A stretch of 64,000 nt of DNA, from contig NC_083435.1 of NCBI RefSeq assembly GCF_020745735.1, positions 19,281,231-19,345,230 on the forward strand, written 5' to 3'. This document shows positions 1-12,310 of this stretch, piece by piece. Made by a program: the position numbers and the translations under genes. Origin of the DNA: Hemiscyllium ocellatum (Eukaryota). The notes below the pieces were generated by a model. The model did no database searches. It saw only the letters and a program-made list of their open reading frames with translations, and was not told where the DNA came from. Position 1 is the first letter of the stretch; the number at the start of each line of letters is the position of its first letter.

Positions 1-309
1 CCCATTAGTTTCTCACATGCTTCATTCTCTTGTGATATTGACTGTGTTTATTTTCTTCCCACATAAACGACTCAAATATTTAATAATTTTGGAATGTGAT
101 GAATGTTGTTCACTGTGAAGCCAGATGCAAAGTATTTACGGGTCGTTCTGCTGTAGCCTGAATTACGTTAATGGAAATTCACTTTAACACGATTGACAAG
201 TTGGGGACACTGTTTCTAAAAGGTAAAATTTTAAAATGTGCATTGGCTGCAGTGCGATTACATCACCAACACTTTGAACACTCTTTCTAAACCACAATTT
301 TTCCATAAT

Positions 310-1100
310 TGCACCCATCGCACTAGAGAAGAACGACCTGTATTCAACACCTCTTCCATTTCCTGGTTCTCTATGATGATTTTACCAGCCTCATTCTCTA
401 AGGGGCCTATTTAAACTTTGGCTCTTTTTTGTACATTTAAAGAAGCTCTGTGTGTGTTTTTATACTACTCACCAGTTTGCCCTCACAGGTTATTTACTCC
501 CTCCTCTTTTTTTGACCATCATTTCTTGGCCTTTAAAACTTTCCCAATTCTCTGGTTTACCAATAATCTTTGTGTGCTTTTTCATCCAATTTGAACTTAT
601 TAGGTAAACATTGGTTGGTTTATACCCTTTCTAGAATCTTTATGACTCACTAGGATATATATTTACTTTGAGTCATGAACAATTTTCTTAAGCACCCGCC
701 AGTGTTCCTCAACTACATTTTTCTGCTAAACACCTTTCCAGTCCACTCCAGCTAACGCTGCCCTCACCTTAAAGTAATTAGTCTTATTTAAGTTAAGGAT
801 AGTTGTTTTCTGGTCCAAATCTCACACTCTCAAACTGAATGCCATGTTCCATCATGTAATCATCACTGTTCCCCAAAGGTTCTTTTACCCAGCGATTATT
901 TATTAAACCTGCCTCATTTCACCCTACCAGACCCAAAAAAACTATGATCCATGGTGAGATCCACAACATACTGTTCTTTCCCCCGAATTCAATGAATGCT
1001 TGCTCATGGCGACCTTAGCTAATTTAATTTTCCCAATCTTCATGAAGATTTAAGTTACCAATGATTAAGTTACCTTTAATTAATTTCTTAACTATCTCAT
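310..1100 (-). mobile_element. Old CR1 LINE fragment (endonuclease region)
   Basis: Degenerate LGNSD-H/D and G-D/N-(F/L)-N-L-H motifs on the minus strand. Confidence 0.5.
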
Positions 1101-1236
1101 ACAGTCATCCAGCAGAAAAAAGTCCTTTCGGCCTATCATGTCTACACCGTCCAAAAAACACAAAACTATGCTCATTCTATTTACATGCACTTTGTCCATA
1201 GCCTAAGATGCCTTTTGAGAACTCATCCAGATACTT

Positions 1237-2950
1237 AGAATCATAGAGATGTACAGCATGGAAACAGACCCTTCGGTCCAACCCATCCACGCCAACTAGA
1301 TATCCCAACCCAATCTAGTCCAACCTGCCAGCACCCGGCCCATACCCCTCCAAACCCTTCCTATTCATATACCCATCCAAATGCCTCTTAAATGTTGCAA
1401 TTGTACCAGCCTCCACCACTTCCTCTGGCAGCTCATTCCATACATGTACCACCCTCTGCATGAAAAAGTTGCTCCTTAGGTTTCTTTTATATTTTTCCCC
1501 TCTCACCCTAAACCTATGCCCTCTAGTTCTGGACTCCGCGACCTCAGGGAAAAGACTTTGTCTATTTATCCTATCCATGTCCCTTATAATTTTGTAAACC
1601 TCTATAAGGTCACCCCTCAGCCTCCGACGCTCCAGGGAAAACAGCCCCAGCCTGTTCAGCCTCTCCCTATAGCACAAATCCTCCAACCCTGGCAACATCC
1701 TTGTAAATCTTTTCTGAATCATTTCAAGTTTCACAACATCTTTCCGATAGGAAGGAGACCAGAATTGTACGCAATATTCCACAAGTGGCCTAACCAATGT
1801 CCTGTACAGCCGCAACATGACCTCCCAACTCCTGTAATCAATACTCTGACCAATAAATGAAAGCATACCAAACGCCTTCTTCACTATCCTATCTACCTGC
1901 GACTCCACTTTGAAGGAGCTATGAACCTGCACTCCAAAGTCTCTTTGTTCAGCAACACTCCCTAGGACCTTACCATTAAGTGTATAAGTCCTGCTAAGAT
2001 TTGCTTTCCTAAAATGCAGCACCTCACATTTATCTGAATTAAACTCCATCTGCCACTTCTCAGCCCATTGGCCCATCTGGTCCAGATCCTGTTGTAATCT
2101 GAGGTAACCCTCTTCGCTGTCCACTACACCTCCAATTTTGGTGTCATCTGCAAACTTACTAACTGTACCTCTTATGCTCGTATACAAATCATTTATGTAA
2201 ATGACAAAAAGTAGAGTGCCCAGCACCGATCCTTGTGGTACTCCACTGGTCATAGGTCTCCAGTCTGAAAAACAACCCTCCATCACCACCCTCTGTCTTC
2301 TATCTTTGAGCCAGTTCTGTATCCAAATGGCTAGTTCTCCCTGTATTCCGTGAGATCCAACCTTGCTAATCAGTCTCCCATGGGGAACCTTGTCAAACGC
2401 CTTACTGAAGGCCATATAGATCACATCTACTGCTCTGCCCTCATCAATCTTCTTTGTTACTTCTTCAAAAAACTCAATCAAATTTGTGAGATATGATTTC
2501 CCACGCACAAACCATTGTTGACTATCCCTAATCAGTCCTTGCCTTTCCAAATACATGTACATCCTGTCCCTCAGGATTCCCTCCAACTTCCCCACCACCG
2601 AGGTCAGGCTCACTGGTCTATAGTTCCCTGGCTTGTCTTTACTGCCCTTCTTAAACAGTGGCACCACATTTGCCAGCCTCCAGTCTTCCGGCACCTCACC
2701 TGTGACTATCAATGATTCAAATATCTCAGCAAGAGGCCCAGCAATCACTTCTCTAGCTTCCCACAGAGTTCTTGGGTACATCTGATCAGGTCCTGGGGAT
2801 TTATCTGCCTTAAACCATTTCAAGACATCCAGCACTTCCTCCTTTGTAATCTGTAAGATGTCACCATCTATTTCCTTCCAGTCTTTATCTTCCATATCCT
2901 TTTCCACAGTAAATATTGATGCAAAATATTCATTTAGTATCTCCCCCATT
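1237..2950 (-). mobile_element. Young 5'-truncated CR1 (HER1-like) LINE with an uninterrupted RT ORF (ORF 1315-3009)
   Basis: PGNYRPVSLTSVVGK, SKAFDKVPH, GVPQGSVLG, FADDTK, YCVQFWSP, RRRLRGDLIE, TRGH, WNELP motifs; CTCTATGATTCT-type 3' tail; no endonuclease. Confidence 0.97.
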
Positions 2951-2954
2951 TTGT

Positions 2955-5590
2955 GTGGTTTACTTCCTAAGTCGTGCAAGAGTCTCCATAACCCTCTCAC
3001 ACAGTACATTCCATATATCTACCACCTTCTGGGTGAAAAAACAATTTCTCACAGCTCCTCCAAACTAATTGCTCTCACGTTAAACTTATGCCGTCTGGTC
3101 TTAGGCATGTCTGCACTGGGGAAGAGATTCTCACAATCTATCCTGTTTATGCCTCTTGTAATTTTGTATACCTCGATCTGATTCCCCCTCACCCTCCTCT
3201 GCTCCAAGGAAAACAAATCCATTCTAAACAGTCTCTCCTCATAATTGAGAAGTTTCATCCCAGCTAACGTACTGGTGAATCTCCTCTGCACTCTTTTCAG
3301 TGCGAACATGCCTTCTTATAATATATTAACCAGAACTGCACACAGTGTTCCATCTGTGGTCTAACCAATTTATTTTTTAATTTGGAAAAAGGCTTCCTTA
3401 CTCCTGTGTTCAATGCCTCAATTAATGAAGCCCAGCATAGCGAATGGCATCTTCACTGTCTTGTGTACTTGTGCTGACACCGTCAGCGATCTATGGATTT
3501 GGGCATCGAGGTCCCTTTGTTCCTCAGTGTTCCCTCGGGACCTCCTATTTATTGTGTATATCCTTCCCTCATTAGACCTGTTAAAATGCATCACCTCACA
3601 CTTATTGAGATTACTTTCATCTGCCATCTATCTCTTTTACCATTTTCCCAATGTACCATCTGGTCAATATTAGACTCTAGAGTGTGGTGCTGGAAAAGCA
3701 TAGCCAGTCAGACAGCATCCGAGGAACAGGAGAATCAACATTTCAGGCATAAGCCCTTCATCAGAAATGAAGCTTGTGGGCCAGGGAACTGAGAGATAAA
3801 TGGGAGGGTCGTGGGGCTGGGGGAAAGGTAGCTGAGAATGCAATAGGTGGATGAAGGTGAGGGCGGAGGTGGTAGGCCAGAGGGGAGGGTGGAGCGGATA
3901 GACGGGAAAGGTGATGGACAGGTCAGGAGGCCAGTGCTGAGTTGGAGGCTTGGGACTGGGATGCTGTGGGGGGAGGGGAAATGAGGAAACTGTTGAAATC
4001 CACATGGATCTCATGTGGCTCAGGGTCCCAAGGCGGAATATGAAGCATTCTTCCTCCAGGTCTTGGGTGGTAACGGTTTGGCAGTGAAGGAGGCCCAGGA
4101 CCTTAATGTCCTTGACAGAGTGGGAGGGGGAGTTGAACTGTTCGACCATGGGACGGGGTGGGGGGGGGGGGGGGGGGGGGGGGGGTTGGTTGGTGTGGGT
4201 GTCCCAGAGATATGCTCTGAAAAGGTCCGCTTGGAGGGGGGTCCTGTCTTCCCGATGTAGAGGAGACCACATCGGTTGCAAAAGATATAGTACATGACAT
4301 TGGTGGAGATACAGGTACATTTCTGATGGATGTGGAAGAATCCTTTGGGGCCTTTGACAGAGGTGAGGGGAGTGGTGTGAGAGCAGGCTTTGCACTTCCT
4401 GGAGAAGGGAATGGGGTGTGGGTGTGGGCTGGTGGGGGGTATGTGAACCTGTCGGGGGAGTTGTGAAGGGAATGGTCTTATTAGAATGCTGATAGGGGTG
4501 GGGAGGGAAATATATCTGTGGTGGGGGGGTCCACTTGTAGGTTGTTGCAGTGGCGAAGAATAATGTGATGTATGCGGCGGTTGGTGGGGTGGAAGGTGAG
4601 GACCAGGGGCCCCTCACTTTCTGCTAATATTAGACTCTAGTCTGAGACCATTCTCCTCACGATCAACAAAACCAATTTTCATCTCAGCTGCAAACGTACT
4701 AATTATAAACTTGTACATTCACCTCCATGTCAAACATGTGCTTAACAAACAGTAAGGGTCTCAGCACTGACCCCTGTGGTTCACCTCTGGTCACAGGCTT
4801 TCAATTACAAAAATAACTCTCCACCACTACCCTTTGCCTCCTTGTAAGCCAATTTTGGATACAGGTTGCCAACGAGCTTCGGATCGCATGGGCTTTTATC
4901 TTTTAGACTTCCTGTGGGACCTTATTAAAGGCCTTACTGACATCCGTCTAGATCACATCAACTGCACTACCTTCATCAATATATATTGTGATCTTTTCAA
5001 AAGCTCAATTAAATTAGACATGATATCCCTCAAAAAAAAGTCCATGCTGTCTATATCTGATCAATCCCTGCCTTTCCAAGGATTGATTAATCCTGTCTCT
5101 CAGAATATTTTCCAATGATTTCACTCGCAGTGAGGTCAGACTAACTGGTCTATAATTATCTGGCCCATCCCTGCTTGAACAAATGGACCATATTAGCCAT
5201 CCTCCAGTCATCTGGCACTTCACCAGTGGCCAGCAAAATGTTAAAAATCTCCCTCACGGCTGCAACAATTTCCTCCCTTCTCTCCCATTGAAGCCTGGGA
5301 TACATCGCATCAGACCCTGGGGATTTGTGTACCTTAATGCCCGCTAAAACATCAAGTATCTCCTCCTTATTAATCTTAACATATTTAAGAACCTCACTAT
5401 CCCCAATGAAATCTCCAGCGATAGCACTTTTCTCCTCTGTGAATATAGATGTGAAGTATTTGGTTAAGTCCTCACCCACAGCCACGAGCTTTACTCACAG
5501 TTTCCTGCTTTTGGTGTCTCATAGGTCCGGCTGTTTCCCTTGTAATTTTCTGACTCTTAACATACATATAAAAAGCCTTGGGGATTTCCT
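2955..5590 (-). mobile_element. Older CR1 LINE (2955-3680 + 4626-5590), split by a Penelope insertion
   Basis: RT motifs (KRVQRRFT, NKCEVMHF, DNYRPVSLTS) are colinear across the insertion. Confidence 0.88.
3681..4625 (-). mobile_element. Penelope-like element 3' fragment: GIY-YIG endonuclease remnant + hammerhead-bearing terminal repeat
   Basis: CISTNVMYYIFCNRCGLLYIGKTG...FNSPSHS...EEECFIFRLGTL; 15-bp TSD AATATTAGACTCTAG at 3666-3680 and 4626-4640. Confidence 0.9.
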
Positions 5591-5604
5591 TAATCCCACC
5601 TGCC

Positions 5605-6815
5605 CTACTAACTTGATTGAGTTTTTTGAAGAAGTGACAAACAGGATTGATGAGGGCAGAGTGCTGGAAGTGATTATATGGATTTCAGTAAGGTGTTCGA
5701 CAAGGTTCCTCTTGGGGGACTGGTTAGCAAGGTAATTCTTATGGGATACAGGGAAAGCTTGCCATTTGGATACAGAACTGGCTCAAAGAAAGCAGACAGA
5801 GGGTGATGGTGGAAGATTATCTTTCAGACTGGAGGCTTGTGGTGTGCCACATGGATTGGTGCTGGGTCCACTGCTTTTCGGCATTTCGTCCACTGCAAAT
5901 CATCAATGATTTGGATGTAAACATAGGCATGATAGTTAGTAAGTTTGCAGATGACACCAAAATTGGAGGTGTAGTGGACAGTGAAGAAGGTTATCTCAGA
6001 TTACAATGGGATCTTGAACAAATGAGCCAATGGGCCAAGGAGTGGCAGATGGGGTTTAATTTAGATAAGTGTTAGGTCCTGATTTTAGAAAAAGCAAATC
6101 AGGGCAGGACAGACTGTACATTTAATAGTAAGGTCCTCAGGAGTGATGCTGAACAAAGAGATCTTGGAGTGCAGGTTCATAGCTCCTTGAAAGTAGAGTC
6201 GCAGTAAATAAGATAGTGAAGAAGGTGTTTAGTATGTTTTTCTTTATTGGTCAAAGCATTGCGTATAGGAGTTGGGAGGTGATGTTGCAGCTGTACAGTA
6301 CATTGGTTAGCCCACTTTTGGAATATTTCATGCAATTCTGGTCTCCTTTCTGTAGGAAGGATGTTGTGAAACTTGAAAGGGTTCAGAAAAGATTTACAAA
6401 ATGTTGCCAGGTTTAGAGGATTGGTGTACAGGGAGAGCTTGTATAAGTTGGGGCTATTTTCCCTGGAGCATCGGACGCTGAGGGGTGACCTTATAGAGGG
6501 GCATGGGCAGCGTAAATAGACAAGGTCCTTTCCCTGGGGTGGGAGAATCCAGAACTAGAGGGCATAGCTTTAGGGTGAGAAGGGAAAGATATAAAAGAGG
6601 CCTAAAGGCAACTTTTTCATGCAGAGGGTGGCGCGTGTATGGGAAGAACTGCCTGAAGAAGTGGTGGAGGTGAGTACAGTTACAACATTTAAAAGACACC
6701 TGGATGTGAACATGAATAGGAAGGGTTCAGAGGCCCAAGTGCTGGCTAATGGGACTAGATTAGGTTGGGATATGTGGTCGGCATGTTTCCGTGCTGTACA
6801 TCTCTGTGACTCTAG
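5605..6815 (+). mobile_element. CR1 LINE 3' fragment, frameshifted
   Basis: TNLIEFFEEVT, SKFADDTKIGG, LERVQKRFT, WEELP motifs and CR1 tail. Confidence 0.92.
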
Positions 6816-6829
6816 AGTGAAATCAGTTA

Positions 6830-7680
6830 GACACTGAACTTCTGCTGTGTCCTTATTGCTTTCCATAATGACTTTGTAACTGATGGAGTTATGGTCACTA
6901 TTCCCAAAATGCTCAACCACTGAAAGGTTAACCACTTCACTGGCTTCACACCCTCAGATGAGGTCTCGCACTGCCCCATCTCTACTCGGATTATCTATAT
7001 ACTGGCACGAAACGGTCTCCAGGATATAATGTAAAGATTCTACCCTGTTTAATCCTTTCATATTAAGGCAATCCGAGCAAAGCTGAAGTTCCCTACACCT
7101 ATGAATCTGTTTCTCTTGCACCTTCCTAGGATTTGCCTATATGCCTACTCTTCTATCTCCCTCTGACTGTTGGCAGGGCTGTAGTTTAAGGTAATCACCC
7201 CTTTTTTTTATTTCTAAGCTGTTCCCAAATGACCTCATTTGAAGATCCTTCTAGTATGTCATCTCTCATTACTGCAGTGATGGTCTTCTTTATCAATAAC
7301 ACGATGCTCTACATCTCTTACATTCCTGTACACTGTGCCTGAAACACCTACATCTTGTAATATCGAGCTGCCAGTCCAGTCCTTCCTTCAAACATGTCTC
7401 AACAATGGCAACAATTTCATATTTCCACAAGCTGATAAATGTTCATCTGAGTTCATCCTCCTTACCAGTTAGGTTCTTTGCATTAAAATATATATAATTT
7501 AGCATTCTAGACCCCCTGTGTGCCTTCTCCTGCCCTTGTCTTCATTGTCTACTGGACTGTCCTAGCATTCCTTCTATATCTGAATGGACATTGTTCCTAA
7601 TTTTACATCTACTCTGTTCCCCATCCCCCTGCTAAATTAGTTTAAAACTCCCCAACAGTATTGGCAAACCTCCCTGCAAG
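6830..7680 (-). mobile_element. Degenerate CR1 endonuclease-region fragment
   Basis: EHFGNSDHNSISYKVIME motif; decayed. Confidence 0.55.
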
Positions 7681-7739
7681 GGTTAGGACCCATTCCAAGG
7701 ACTGATTCTGTGTCTGTCAAGGGACTTGAAAATTCCTCC

Positions 7740-9060
7740 CACCAGTGTCTTCTTCGCCTTTTTATTTTGATCCATCTCCATACTTTGCAGAGTTCCTTGT
7801 TTATCCTTAACTTCCCTCGCGTTTTGTATTGACCAAGCAGCAAGTGGTACAAAGAATCCCTGCTTCATGAATTTAGAGCCTTTTGTGTGTTCAAATCTCA
7901 AGTTAGGATGTTTGAATTGTGATGTTATTTGCTGCAATGATTGCATCCGTTTGAGGTCATTACATTTTCATTCTTGATCAGCCTCAGATAATGTGGATGT
8001 ATGGTGCACCAGTTACTGCAGCACCTCATCAGTAGCAGCCAACTTTAGTTATTCTGATGGTTAGGAATGAAACTAGGGCATCGTTTGTAGGTTTGGAATG
8101 CATCCATCAACTTGTTAGCTTGCTCTGATTATTATCCTTCCGAGGCTGTAATTTCAGCTGGATCTGTGGCTGAGGCAGTGCTGCCTTGCGTAACTGAGTT
8201 GTTTGCAAGGGATTTCCCCACTTGGACCATGCAACAGTGAGTCTTGAGTACATCACAACCATATTAGGAGTGCATTCAGCTTCTGATGCAGTATGCACGT
8301 GAGCTTGCTCGTGCCATGGAGCTGCAGCATTTTACAGAGGTCATGGTATATGCAGCGTTATCTAAACATTCCTGCTGGTGCTGATCCAGCACATTTCGCA
8401 GAAGCATTTGTTTTCAGATCGACCCAAATACAGATTTAAAGTATCAAGGGTTTCAAGGTGGAAAAGCAAAATGTAATGCAGCGCCAGAGCAATGAAATTG
8501 AACAAAATCATCTGTGCTCAATAGGGAATCCCAGCCTTCCAAACAACATAGCTTTATAATGCTCAGTGTAGTAGAGACGTGTGGTGCCACACTTATTCTG
8601 AAACCCAGTGCTGATAAAATTGCAGTTGCTGTGTTGCACTATTCCCCTGACTTCTGGTGCTGTTCACTCCCTCATCAGCAGTGCTTGCCCCTGCCTCCCT
8701 TATCAGGGCGATATCAGGGTCCTCCGCTTCCCAATTCTGCAAACCCCTCTTTACTGGTCGAGGTTCCTGGATATTTCACAATGATCCTGGATATGATCTG
8801 TGGGAGTGCTTGACATGTTCTAAATGAATGGTCCAAATAGCAGAACCTCATTTTTTGCTCTTGGTTGAACATTGTACTTCTTCTCTGCTGCACTTATGAA
8901 TGCCTTCAGCCAAATCCCCTGTGTTACCATTGAGCCAGCCCTGTAATCAATGAGGAGGTGGAACAAACACTTGTGCCACTTGCAAGTTCTTCTGGTCACG
9001 TGCATCATGAAGAGCTCCCTGGCTGAGACCTGCAAGGTTGGTCTCCTTTGAACACAGACT
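7740..9060 (-). mobile_element. Heavily decayed pol-like segment, best fit Ty3/Gypsy RT-RNaseH-integrase linker
   Basis: Frameshifted, weak motif echoes in the expected order (see finding). Confidence 0.3.
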
Positions 9061-9654
9061 ACCTGCATTTTCATAGAGTGAAGCTGCTATCTGTTAATGT
9101 GTGCAACTCTCAGTGCCATGTGTGTAAAGATCATTATGCCCCAATATTTGAAGGATTCTGATATTGCGTCAAGTCCCACTGTATTGGCTGCCTGGTTCTC
9201 AGGGTCTGTACTGAACTTTTCATTTGCTCTTCTGAAGAAGAGGCCTACCATGTTCAAAACGTATTTAGCATTTGTTCATGGCAGACTGGGACATTGAGGG
9301 TGAAAGAAAGTGAAAAGTAAAATAAAAGACAAAAACAGTGCAGTATTATAAATGATAGCATGGAATCTAGAGAGTTAATGCAGACTGGCCTGTAATGTGG
9401 AAAATTACTGAGAGAACACTGTACAAACTTATAGGACAGATGTCAGAGAGCAGGAAATGGAAGACACAAAGAATGATCTTCTCCCCTTTGATAAACTGAC
9501 TGGTAATAAGGAAAGGAAGACTCGGTGAGTTTGTGAAGTTTTAAGATGTGGTGCGGTTGGGCACAAAGATAACGGAGGGTTTCCTCATAGTTACAGGTCA
9601 GAACTCAAAACTTCTGTCTGTATCAGCCAATGAATCTTCTGTACAAATCCAGAA

Positions 9655-10052
9655 GAGGCTGAATAGGCTGGGGTTATTTTCCCTGGAGCATTAGAGGCTG
9701 AGGGGTGAACTTATAGAGCTTTATAAAATCACCGAGGGGTATGGATAGGATAAATAGACAAGGTCTTTCCCTGGGGTGGGAGAGTCCAGAACTAGAGCAC
9801 ATAGGTTTAGGGTCAGGGGGGAAAAATTTTCATGCAGAGGTGATGCATGTATGGAATGATCTGCCAGACGAAGTGATGGAGGCTGGTACAAATGCAATAT
9901 TTAAAAGTCATCTGGATTAGTGGTATATGAATTGGAAGGGTTTAGAGGATATGCAAATGCTGGCAAATGGGTTGAGATTAGGTTAGGATATCTGGTCAGC
10001 ATGGATGAATTGGGCCGAAGGGCCTGTTTCTGTGCTGTACAACTCTGTGACT
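9655..10052 (+). mobile_element. CR1 LINE 3' end
   Basis: RLGLFSLE/TRGH/WNDLP region and tail. Confidence 0.9.
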
Positions 10053-10379
10053 GGGGTAACTCCCATGTCATATGTCACGAGTCAAACTTGCACCTTCTGA
10101 CCAATCAGGATGGCTAATTAAACTACAGTGTAATGCTATTTGGAGAATATGTTAATTTTCTACTATTTTTGGAGAACACCTTTGAATGAGTCAATCCCAC
10201 TTAACTGTAATAAAGTTCCATTTTGTGTAAGGCAGTTCAGCTACTGGACAGGTGGTTTAAGCATTGTTACATGTGAAATGTATCAAGGCTAGTGATACGT
10301 ACATTACCCACCAGTATGTGATGTGTAACTATGTTTTATGTATAAAAGTCATGAATATGTGTGGCTCACTGGAGAGCCT

Positions 10380-10640
10380 TTGAGCTGCTCCCCACATATA
10401 TGTGAGTAAACCACTTATATTTTGCACTTATTCTACAAATGTGGGAGTTCTGTTCTTTTGCACTGTCTGCATAGCCTTTCATTGAACATATGCCCATGGA
10501 CCCCTGGAAAGACCTACTGGTGAAGACATTCAATGCCACTGTCACCTTCAATACAGAATTGTTACAGCACAGAAGGAGGTCATTCAGCTCCCGGTTCCAT
10601 TACCCCATGCCATTTTCCTGCCTTTTCCCCATATTCATGT
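10380..10640 (-). mobile_element. PIF/Harbinger transposase (HARBI1-like) remnant
   Basis: KVTVALNVFTSRSFQGSMG resembles the Harbinger N-terminal K-x-x-x-AL-x-F-x-A-S/T-GSFQ motif. Confidence 0.55.
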
Positions 10641-10804
10641 ACACCATCTCTATCCAAATACTGACAGTGCCAGGATTGGGAATGGGTTCCAACCTGGAGT
10701 CGATTTTAACACAAGTGGAACACAATGTAAAGGAGCCACTTGTAAATGAAATGTTGGTATGGCAGGTCTTCAACATTACATCCCTGTATAAGATCGGGTT
10801 TGAT

Positions 10805-11520
10805 GTGGAGGTGCTAGTGTTGGACTGGGGTGGACAAAGTTAAAAATCACACAACACTAGTTTGTAGTCCAACAGGTTTATTTGGAAGCACTAGCTTTTG
10901 AAGTGCTGTTATTTCATCAGGTGGTTGTGAAGCAGAACCACAAGGCACAGAATTTATAGCAAAAGATCACAGCCTCATGCAGCTGAAATGATATATTGAA
11001 CAAACCTAGATTGTTAAATCTTTCATCTTTTAGACACCCACTCTGTCTCTCTCCTGCATGAGCACACAAATATAAGTTTATGGAATGAATTTGATTTCGG
11101 AGAATTATTTTGCTCAAAAAATGCAGAACCTGCAGGCAGTCAATCCATATAATATTTTGTAAATACCACTTTGGAAATAGAACCAGTCTGACTCAAGATT
11201 GGGACACAGACAGACTTTAACCTCACACCTTTAAGGTATTGTCTGAGCTGAGATGTCACTTTTTGTTATAAAACTTTAAATTATCTTGAGAATGTGACTT
11301 AAAAGAAGTTCTGGGATTTATATATTAAAGAACCAAACCAAGCAAATTAATTCTAAAAGAAGACAGACTTAACAATCTAGGTTTGTTCAATCTACAATTT
11401 CAGCTGTATGCCACTGTAACCTTTCGCTACAAATTCTGTGTCTTATGATCCTGCTCCACAAAAACATGAAGGAGCAGCGCTCTCAAATCAACCTGTTGGA
11501 CTTTAACCTGGCGTTGTAAG
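10805..11520. mobile_element. Family-B hammerhead element with ~180-bp terminal inverted arms
   Basis: 10852-11035 is the reverse complement (diverged) of 11351-11518; hammerhead remnants at both tips. Confidence 0.75.
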
Positions 11521-11889
11521 ACCAAGTTTGTAAGTGCTAATATTCATGTGTCAGATATTTGTAAATTGGAGACCCCTGTAATCATCAAATGGTCGATTGA
11601 ATGCCTCAATTGAACCTATCTTCACTACAGGCAGTACATTCCATATCCTAACTACTTACTATTTGAAGATGTTTTTCCTCATTTCACCCTTGTTTCATTG
11701 GCCCAGCAATTTAACTCCATAACCTTTGTGTTCTTCTTCCTTTCATGAGCAGGAACAGCTTCTCCCTATCTGTTCTGTTCTGCATGACCCTGGCCTTCTC
11801 TCAGCGTGTCTCCTGCGATTACCATTCCTAGTTTGTATCTTGCTCATCCCCCAGTCATTCTGAAACTCTAATTGTCAATCACCCTATAA

Positions 11890-12310
11890 GGGGATTGGTT
11901 AGCTGGTTTGCCATATATGGTGACACCAACAGCATGGGTTCAAATTCTGTACAGGCTGAGGTTAGATTTGTTGAATCCCTACAGCGTGGAAGCAGCCCAT
12001 TGAGTCTACACTGACCCTTCAAAGAGCATTTCATCTAGACCTACCCTTGACCCATAGCTAATCCACCTAATCTGCACATTTTTGGACCCAGGGAGGAAAG
12101 ACACAGGGTAAGTGTGCAAACTCCACACCAACAGTTGCCCATGGATGGAATGGAACCCGGGTCCCTGGTGCTGTGAGGCAGCAGTGCTAATCACTGAGTC
12201 ACCCAAGGATGGTTATCCTAAACTTTCCAAGTTCTCTCCTAGCCCTCAGGTTAAATCACCACAACGCAGTTGTCTGTCGTGAGAGAGTGAGACGGCGGTT
12301 ACTTTACCCT
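11890..12310. mobile_element. tRNA-headed SINE (+) interrupted by an HE1-type SINE (11975-12205, -)
   Basis: GGGTTCAAATTC B-box-like head on +, with the same family at 42450-42650; HE1 core on -. Confidence 0.65.

Noticed and set aside
1315-3009. 564-aa ORF as a host gene or autonomous LINE
   Set aside because: 5'-truncated CR1 RT with no endonuclease; the ORF start lies in unrelated flank
3670-4617. 315-aa Pro-rich protein
   Set aside because: A frame wandering through a frameshifted Penelope fragment and a poly-C run
8050-8260. Tyrosine-recombinase (Crypton-like) reading of TTQLRK...MHS
   Set aside because: No catalytic Tyr in register, and flanking motifs fit a Gypsy pol order better
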